The notes below the pieces were generated by a model. The model saw only the letters and a list, made by a program, of their open reading frames with translations, was not told the DNA's origin and did not search any database. DNA of 33,035 nucleotides from assembly GCA_902141825.1 (NCBI GenBank), contig CABFPG010000016.1, positions 1-33,035 on the forward strand, given 5' to 3'. Position 1 is the stretch's first letter. Each line of letters starts with the position of its first letter. The stretch is from Thalassocella blandensis. Its GTDB lineage: Bacteria; Pseudomonadota; Gammaproteobacteria; Pseudomonadales; Cellvibrionaceae. The translations under genes were made by a program, and so were the position numbers. Of this stretch, positions 27,544 through 33,035 are shown piece by piece.

Positions 27544-28300
27544 TTAGAGCACACAAGAAGTCTCGAGCCATTTACTAAAAATTTTCCTGGCATTTACTTT
27601 AGGTGTTGCGATTTCATGGTTTGGTACAAGCAGGTACTGCGGAATGGCTGAATGCGGACACATTTTTGTTAGCAGTTGATATTCCGCTAAGCATGCATTT
27701 AACTTACTGATGAGTATCGACAAAAGCAAACTTGATTGAATGAGTTGGTGTTTTAAAGTTTCTGCGCTAGCTACCTTGATTTTTTATACAAACCTAATGC
27801 TTAGTAAGAGTTTTGCAGCCAGCTCAAATATTGTAAGTCAAAAGGCAGCAAAACAATGGCGGAAGATGCTATAACATTTTATAAAGGCACAGAGTATTAC
27901 GTCGTATACCGCACAAAGAATTTTACAAATATTCAGCTGTACTCAACGTTATAAATCAATCAGATCGAACACGATTGTTAGGCTTAAACTCTATCGTTTG
28001 ATCTTTTTGGTTGAATTCAATCGCTTCTGGTCTTATTGACCCCCTCCCTGAGAAGAATCGTTCGGTCCTTATTGCCCTACTGTTAAATACCATTAAAGAA
28101 TTTCTGTCAAAATGAATCTCTTGAATTCTTAAACGCAAACATTCAGATACTCACAACCCATCCCATAAAGAAGCGCGATAATCAGCTTATCTCTTTCCTT
28201 GAGTTCTTCAAGAGTGGCGGCAACTTCGGATGGCGAGAGAATCCCGAGTATACGACGCAGTCTCTTTGCCAATGTAAAACCCGAATCACCAAATTTAATG
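27544..28300 (-). pseudogene. intI: Integron integrase (intI) pseudogene: nonsense mutation plus frameshift in Box I, decayed termini
   Basis: Minus-strand translation of 28150-28299 gives ...LAKRLRRILGILSPSEVAATLEELKERDKLIIALLYGMG (tyrosine-recombinase Box I; IntI has [11 protein letters not shown]). The continuation is in another frame: GL*VSECLRLRIQEIHFDRNSLMVFNSRAIR (IntI has [28 protein letters not shown]). No intact 320-aa ORF. A weaker C-terminal remnant lies at 27544-27729. It is divergent from the cassette array, as in integrons. Confidence 0.55.
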
Positions 28301-28899
28301 TTGAAATATTTTTAGGTAAAGAAACTCTAAAATATTCAAAATAACTTTCTGTGTATTTATCGCAATGTTTTTAACAGCCAAGCAGGTAAGAAAACTCTTG
28401 ATATTTGAACGCCCATTTCATTTAGCTGACGCCTATTGTTGAAATGAAGAAAAAGCCGAATCCAGTACAAATATGTTTTTCAGCAGGGATACTAAAGCCC
28501 CACAAACACAAATCCGCCCTGACGGATTCAATAAACTTACTAGACATAGCGCTAACTTCTGAAACGCAAATCATGTATATACATACAGCTATATTAAAAA
28601 GGAAGCGAGAAGACTTCAATTTTTTACTCGGTTTGCCAACTAAACTATGCTAAGTTATTCCTACTTTAACCCCTCAAAAAAATTAAAATCGCTTTATAAT
28701 CAATAGCTTATTCTAGAAGGACGGGGAGATAGTCCGCACGCTCAAAAGTGCAAAACCGCGCATGCGCAATTTTCTGCAAACAAGGAATGTTCAATTCGTA
28801 TTTTATTTCTTGTTTTTCAGTAACTTGACTTGATCATCTAGAAAATAGGTGAGGTGCATATTGCGCATGCGATATATACAAATGTTAGGGCTCTGCGAT

Positions 28900-29364
28900 A
28901 TGAAGTACCTTTTTCTATCAATAGCAGTAACCATATGTGGGTGTGCATCCAATACGATTGAAAATATTGATTTTAAAGAGTGGTACCCTATCGGATATGA
29001 AGGATTTCTGGAATCAATAAACTTATCTTCAGGTTCAAATGTTGAAAATTGTGGCTTTCACGACTTAATGACCGAAGAGGGAAAAAAGAGTGTTGAGTAC
29101 GGATACAAGTGCGCAAGACAAAATGCTAATGCTGGAAAACCATTTAAGTTTGGTACGGTACGATTACCTATTGATTCTTTCGCATTTGAGATCTTAATAG
29201 GGACAGCGGATAGCGAATACTGGCTCGTGGTTTATGATGTTATGATTGACGGAGATGCTCCTCAGCAATGGGCAAAGAAATGCAACTCAATTAAGTTCAG
29301 TCGAAAAAACCAAGATTACGAAGGTAAAAGGTGCGGTGAAATCAATAGCGAAGTATGGCCCTAA
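28900..29364 (+). CDS. Cassette 1: small lipoprotein, unknown function
   Basis: MKYLFLSIAVTICGC|AS lipobox. The TAA stop is embedded in the attC R'' box (CCCTAAC). Confidence 0.55.
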   Translation: MKYLFLSIAVTICGCASNTIENIDFKEWYPIGYEGFLESINLSSGSNVENCGFHDLMTEEGKKSVEYGYKCARQNANAGKPFKFGTVRLPIDSFAFEILIGTADSEYWLVVYDVMIDGDAPQQWAKKCNSIKFSRKNQDYEGKRCGEINSEVWP

Positions 29365-29475
29365 CAAGCGCTTCCAGCCTGACGCCAAAACCTCCGCGTT
29401 TTTGTGTTACTCGCTGCGCTCAAACATTAACACAAAAACACTCCAGCTTTGGCGCAGCTGAAGCGGGCGTTAGTG
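29359..29475 (+). other. attC site 1 (117 bp)
   Basis: R'' GCCCTAAC, R' GTTAGTG. L''/L' arms GCGCTTCCAGCCTGACGCCAAAA and TTTGGCGCAGCTGAAGCGGGC pair with bulges. Confidence 0.75.
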
Positions 29476-29511
29476 TTCACAATGCATCCCACACTATATA
29501 AGGAATAATAT

Positions 29512-30018
29512 ATGGCTGAATACAAAGGATCGGAAGATGTATTTAAGGAGCTTGTAGAAGATTCCGAAGAAAACTGGCTTTACGGTTTGGTTGCATTTGC
29601 AATCATAGAGGAGCGTAGGTTCGAGTGGATGAAACACTTTGAGTCTCACAATCAAATCCCTCCTTCCGAAGCGGAAATTCAAAACTGGTATAAGCAGCAA
29701 CCTCGTAGCGAAATAATTCGGGCTAAAGGAGAAGCCGAAAGCGCGCTACAAACGTATGCGTCTGAGGTAATCGACGTGGCTCTGGAGGAAAAATCAACGA
29801 AAATCGAAGAGGGAATTATAGTTTCAGAAATCAGGGAATCGAGGAGGTTTTGGCCTCAATTTGGAGTAAACTTCATAGGTGGTTTGGCGGCATCTGTTGT
29901 GTTTGCTGCATTACTTATTTTATTGGCGTTCTTTGTATTAAATGACACGTCTCCTGCTGAGATTGGTTCTCATCTAAAGCATGGCTTAGAGGAAGGTAAT
30001 CATGGTCAAGAAAACTGA
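29512..30018 (+). CDS. Cassette 2a: hypothetical protein with C-terminal TM helix
   Basis: 168 aa. Good AAGGAA RBS. Acidic soluble N-terminal part, one TM near the C-terminus. Confidence 0.55.
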   Translation: MAEYKGSEDVFKELVEDSEENWLYGLVAFAIIEERRFEWMKHFESHNQIPPSEAEIQNWYKQQPRSEIIRAKGEAESALQTYASEVIDVALEEKSTKIEEGIIVSEIRESRRFWPQFGVNFIGGLAASVVFAALLILLAFFVLNDTSPAEIGSHLKHGLEEGNHGQEN

Positions 30019-30256
30019 AGTAACTGGAAAGAAGGCAGCTTCCGCAGCATCAAAAGTATTAAGAAATCCGAATTCTAGTAAAGCAGCGAAGTCAGCTGCG
30101 GGTTCAGCGCTTTCACAAACTAAATCTCCGCCAAAGGTGACTTCAAAAAAAGCTGCCACAGCTGCGTCTAAAACTCTACGAAGTAAAAGTACGAGTAAAA
30201 CTTCAAAAACTGCAGCGGGTTCAGCTTTAACCCAGCGTCCAAATAAGAAAAAATAA
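30002..30256 (+). CDS. Cassette 2b: Lys/Ala/Ser-rich histone-H1-like basic repeat protein
   Basis: 84 aa. Two 30-aa repeats (KKAAsAASKvLRN..SK.aKsAAGSAL.Q). Overlaps the preceding ORF by 17 bp. Confidence 0.5.
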   Translation: MVKKTEVTGKKAASAASKVLRNPNSSKAAKSAAGSALSQTKSPPKVTSKKAATAASKTLRSKSTSKTSKTAAGSALTQRPNKKK

Positions 30257-30370
30257 CACTAACAAGGCAGTCAATTTGACAGCTATTCCGTCGCTTGTTT
30301 TTGGTGGCGGTCGCTACGCTGCCACCAAAAACAATCAACTACATAGCTGCAAATTACTGCGGCGTTAGTG
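30257..30370 (+). other. attC site 2 (114 bp)
   Basis: R'' CACTAAC directly after the stop, R' GTTAGTG. L'' GGCAGTCAATTTGACAG and L' CTGCAAATTACTGCGGC. Central hairpin TTGGTGGCGG...GCCACCAA. Confidence 0.75.
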
Positions 30371-30650
30371 CGATGGGATTTTTCCAAAGGTAGCTTGTTT
30401 AGTGCGAGCATCTTTCGAAAAGTGCCAGTAGGAATTCCAGTGTAGTCTTAAATACTTGGCTTTGATCCGAGCTAAACGTTGCCGTTCAAGCTATGTAAAG
30501 TATTCTCGAACAATGGAGTTACTGAAACGGCGGTGCTTTTTTATGAGCGGTTCCTGTAAAGCGGTGATACAGCCAGTAAGCGGGAATGTAAATTCAGCAC
30601 CAAGCTGGCGTTTAGTGCCACAATTTAATTGGTTGTTGCCAACTGCGGCA

Positions 30651-30763
30651 GCACTAACAATTACAACCAGCGACGCCCGTGCCTGCGGCACCGGCTGGAC
30701 AGCCAAAACTGCGCGCTACGCCCGCAAAAACGTTTTGGCTGCCGCTGTTGAAGGGCGTTAAGC
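30651..30763 (+). other. attC site 3 (113 bp), closing an apparently non-coding cassette (30371-30763)
   Basis: R'' CACTAAC, R' GTTAAGC. Arms CAGCCAAAACTG and CGTTTTGGCTG. No convincing ORF in the 280 bp before it. Confidence 0.65.
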
Positions 30764-30770
30764 GTAAACT

Positions 30771-31214
30771 ATGTCATTCGCACCACCTAGAACTGGAAAG
30801 AAGAGAGAACTACCATGCCATGTTTGTGGCGCTGTAGTCATGCAAGAACAGTTTCAAAAAGGAAGGAACAAATTTTTCCAGCCGTTGGCTCACTTAGCAC
30901 CTTGTGGTGCTCATTGCATGGGTGGCGGTGTAGATTATCGAGAAAAATGCGTACATATTCCTTCTTTTGGCGCATGTCCGAAATGCGGGAAAAGTGGAAC
31001 TATAAACGTTTACGAAATAATTCATGAAAATAAAGAAGAGAAAGTTTCGTTTCATCAATATACTGAAACATATCAATCAGACTTAGGGTTTCGCATTGAG
31101 CGAGAATATTTGGAAAATGGCGTTTGGGTAGTCAAGAAGAGGTTTCCAACTAATTTCCCAGAGTCATTAGAAAAAACTATTGAATGGGCTAAGAATTACG
31201 TAGAGTGGCTGTAA
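30771..31214 (+). CDS. Cassette 4: Cys-rich (putative zinc-ribbon) hypothetical protein
   Basis: 147 aa. CHVCG...C..C...C..CGKSG pattern in the N-terminal half. Stop followed by attC. Confidence 0.5.
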   Translation: MSFAPPRTGKKRELPCHVCGAVVMQEQFQKGRNKFFQPLAHLAPCGAHCMGGGVDYREKCVHIPSFGACPKCGKSGTINVYEIIHENKEEKVSFHQYTETYQSDLGFRIEREYLENGVWVVKKRFPTNFPESLEKTIEWAKNYVEWL

Positions 31215-31216
31215 AT

Positions 31217-31285
31217 GCTTAACAAAAATGTCAATTTGACCTCGTTACGCTTCGCTCCACTCGGCAAATTACATTGGCGTTATGG
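31217..31285 (+). other. attC site 4 (69 bp)
   Basis: R'' GCTTAAC, R' GTTATGG. Arms ATGTCAATTTGACC and GGCAAATTACAT. Confidence 0.6.
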
Positions 31286-31420
31286 TGTACCGTGCAGAAA
31301 ATTAAGCGACGTGGGAGCATATAGCTTGCAGTTCAAGCTTGTGGAATACAACCTGTAAACGTGGCTATATTTGGTCGCAAAAAGGTTACGAAGGTGGATG
31401 GACGAGGAAGAGTTTTCGAT

Positions 31421-31489
31421 TTAAGTAAGAGCCGTGCCGGGGCCGATGAACTTTAGTTCGCATCGGACTGAGGCACGGCTCTTACTTAA
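31421..31489. repeat. 18-bp perfect inverted repeat (TTAAGTAAGAGCCGTGCC / GGCACGGCTCTTACTTAA) with nested 6-bp stem in the 33-nt loop
   Basis: Read directly. Inner stem CCGATG/CATCGG. No flanking T-run. Lies inside cassette 5, 195 bp upstream of its ORF. Confidence 0.8.
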
Positions 31490-31683
31490 AGCGTTTCCTC
31501 GCATCGTTCTCTCCTTGAAATTTTCTGCACCGGATAAAGTCCTCGGGGACTGATTGCTGCACATGAATTTACTGTTATGCTAACAGCAAAAATGTGCGAA
31601 TATCGTGGACGCACATAACAACGCACTCTCAGCGACAGCAAAAAATGCTGCGCTTAAGTTAATCGTTATGCACTTAAAAAGGA

Positions 31684-31965
31684 TTGAGTATGTCCAAGAA
31701 AATGGAAGCTAATGAACTAGAAAGCCTAGAAGTTAATGGCATCGGTCAAGTTACTCCTGGCATGCAGCTAGAACACCCTGTTTTCGGTCTTGGCCAAGTA
31801 GAAGCAATCTTTAAGTTTGTTAAATCCGACGATATAACAATACGCATAAATTTCGAAAAGCATGGTTCAAAGGCATTGGTGCCAGAGTATGCAAAACTCT
31901 CATTACCAAAACCTAAAACACAAAAATCCTCACTCATCTCTAAGCTATTTGGGCAGGGCAAATAA
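31684..31965 (+). CDS. Cassette 5: small hypothetical protein
   Basis: 93 aa. AAGGA RBS. Stop followed by TGTATAAC and a short palindromic element. Confidence 0.5.
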   Translation: MSMSKKMEANELESLEVNGIGQVTPGMQLEHPVFGLGQVEAIFKFVKSDDITIRINFEKHGSKALVPEYAKLSLPKPKTQKSSLISKLFGQGK

Positions 31966-32030
31966 ATGTATAACAAGGCAGTCAAACTGACGCCACGTGC
32001 TGCCCAATACACGAATACACTTTAACAAGA
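31966..32030 (+). other. Possible short/degenerate attC site 5
   Basis: TGTATAAC R''-like box and hairpin GTCAAACTGAC, but no clean GTTRRRY box before the next RBS. Weaker than the others. Confidence 0.35.
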
Positions 32031-32038
32031 GGCTGATT

Positions 32039-32566
32039 ATGAAGAATTTAATAAACTCCATGCGTGGAAATAAACCAGCTGAAGACTATCACCGCGGTCA
32101 CAGAACTAATATGATAGCCAAGGTTCAGGTGACTGCTACCGGCCGTATAATCCAAAGAGGACCCGGTCAAGATGCGCATGCCGGTATTCCTGCCTTATTG
32201 CGAAATAATATAAACGCAGGAAGAACTCCGCTACTATGGGCTTATGGCGATGAGCTCAATCAAACAGTAGTGGTATTCGGTTATGATATGTTTGTGGATT
32301 ATATGGGGGCGCAAGTGAAAATCGGTCATGTGGCTTTGATGGATCAAGCACATATTTCAGGCGAAATTAGCCTATTGCCCAATAATGTCTGGTCAATTGA
32401 TAATGAATCAGGCGCGTGGGGTGGCATGGGTAATGAAAGTGGAAAAAGTGAAAAGCTTAATAGAGTCGCCGACTTTATGTCTCGAGCATGTAATATGCAA
32501 GTCAGGGCGGAAAGAGCCTATTCAAGAAACGCTGTTAAACGGTGGATACAACACAAATTTCGATAA
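32039..32566 (+). CDS. Cassette 6: hypothetical protein (possible toxin-like domain)
   Basis: 176 aa from ATG 32039, which has an AAGAGG RBS (the ORF track starts earlier, at 31997). No family recognised; His/Arg/Gly-rich N-terminal half. Confidence 0.5.
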   Translation: MKNLINSMRGNKPAEDYHRGHRTNMIAKVQVTATGRIIQRGPGQDAHAGIPALLRNNINAGRTPLLWAYGDELNQTVVVFGYDMFVDYMGAQVKIGHVALMDQAHISGEISLLPNNVWSIDNESGAWGGMGNESGKSEKLNRVADFMSRACNMQVRAERAYSRNAVKRWIQHKFR

Positions 32567-32687
32567 TTCGAATAAGAGAATCTTGAAGCTTATTTACAAC
32601 AACCTTCGAGACTTCCTCAAACCGGACAACAAAATTGTTTAGTTGCCAGCAAACTAAAATCATGCTGAAAATGTCTTGGTACAATAC

Positions 32688-32759
32688 AGCTAACAAGGCC
32701 AGCCAGAGGGACAGCCAAACCGCTGCGCGTTTTGTCTGCCCCTGCTGGCGGCGTTGGTA
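32688..32759 (+). other. attC site 6 (72 bp)
   Basis: R'' AGCTAAC, R' GTTGGTA. Arms GGCCAGCCAGAGGGACAGCCAAAC and GTTTTGTCTGCCCCTGCTGGCGGC pair imperfectly. Another attC start (GTCCTAACGCCGCCGGGGG) appears at about 32988 at the window edge. Confidence 0.7.
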
Positions 32760-33035
32760 TGACACCCCTTGTCAATAAAAACAAAGAAATCCTCTAACTA
32801 AAAATAGTTAGTGTCCGAATAAATAGGATGAGTTATTGCAGTAGATGAAGCCAGTAAACTCGTCGGTTATCATGCTGGTATTCGTGGGTTGCAAGAAAAT
32901 ACTCCTGCCTATCCGACCTTACTATTTCCGTCGAGATGCCTATCTTCAGTCTATGCTCGTGGTTTGAATGTCGATGACATTCACCGTCCTAACGCCGCCG
33001 GGGGTTGCACCTCCACCGGGGCTTGATCCGCCGCA

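Larger units (their letters stand above)
28600..33035 (+). mobile_element. Integron gene-cassette array with putative attI zone; array runs off the window
   Basis: Plus-strand ORFs are each followed by an attC-type site (RYYYAAC ... imperfect palindrome ... GTTRRRY). The array sits next to the intI remnant. Confidence 0.7.

Noticed and set aside
27460-28850. Intact integron integrase gene
   Set aside because: There is no ORF longer than 65 aa. Only frameshifted or nonsense-containing fragments with IntI Box I similarity remain, so I call it a pseudogene and not a gene.
30456-30761. 101-aa plus-strand ORF (and 71-aa minus-strand ORF) in cassette 3
   Set aside because: The C-terminal half is encoded by the attC palindrome itself (an A/T/R-rich artefact). 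No RBS. I treat the cassette as non-coding.
1-33035. tRNA/rRNA genes
   Set aside because: No cloverleaf-like conserved GTTC/TPsiC arms or rRNA-like conserved stretches were recognised by eye. A tRNAscan/Infernal run would be needed to exclude small RNAs.

Overview
The window is chromosomal DNA of a gamma-proteobacterium, about 45% GC. The poly-serine-linked carbohydrate-binding protease and the YgeA/GhrA/HemH-like housekeeping genes suggest a marine Cellvibrionaceae/Saccharophagus-like degrader; that assignment is inference.

Left third (1-11.9 kb): ordinary genes and secreted-enzyme genes. These include a YgeA-type racemase, a GFA-family protein, a SAM methyltransferase, a MAPEG protein, two lipoproteins and a GhrA-like 2-hydroxyacid dehydrogenase. 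There is also a multidomain astacin protease with ricin-B and chitin-binding modules. Two proteins have polar, effector-like N-termini (a Gly-rich 551-aa protein and a class-3 lipase), and both are preceded by a similar ECF/HrpL-like promoter motif.

Middle (12.0-23.9 kb): a compact, co-directional minus-strand cluster of about 12 kb. Gene order is YjfI-like (DUF2170), PspA/IM30, a 500-bp gap, YqiJ/NfeD-like, flotillin (YqiK-like), a glycine-zipper protein, a giant 1800-aa coiled-coil protein with a MoxR/AAA_5-like P-loop ATPase, a rhomboid protease, a double zinc-ribbon protein and a TerB-like mini-protein. Several junctions are translationally coupled. Upstream sits a triple 10-bp palindromic operator (TTACATGTAA). 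I regard this as the most likely novel system in the window: a membrane-microdomain or membrane-stress machine built around an uncharacterised giant ATPase.

Next (24.0-26.2 kb): a LemA protein fused to two GIDE-like domains, then ferrochelatase.

Right end (27.5-33.0 kb): an integron platform. The integron integrase is an inactivated pseudogene with an in-frame stop plus a frameshift inside Box I. It is followed by a cassette array with at least five clear attC sites (RYYYAAC ... GTTRRRY with imperfect internal palindromes). The cassettes carry small hypothetical proteins, a histone-H1-like basic repeat protein and one non-coding cassette.

No rRNA, tRNA or CRISPR was recognised.
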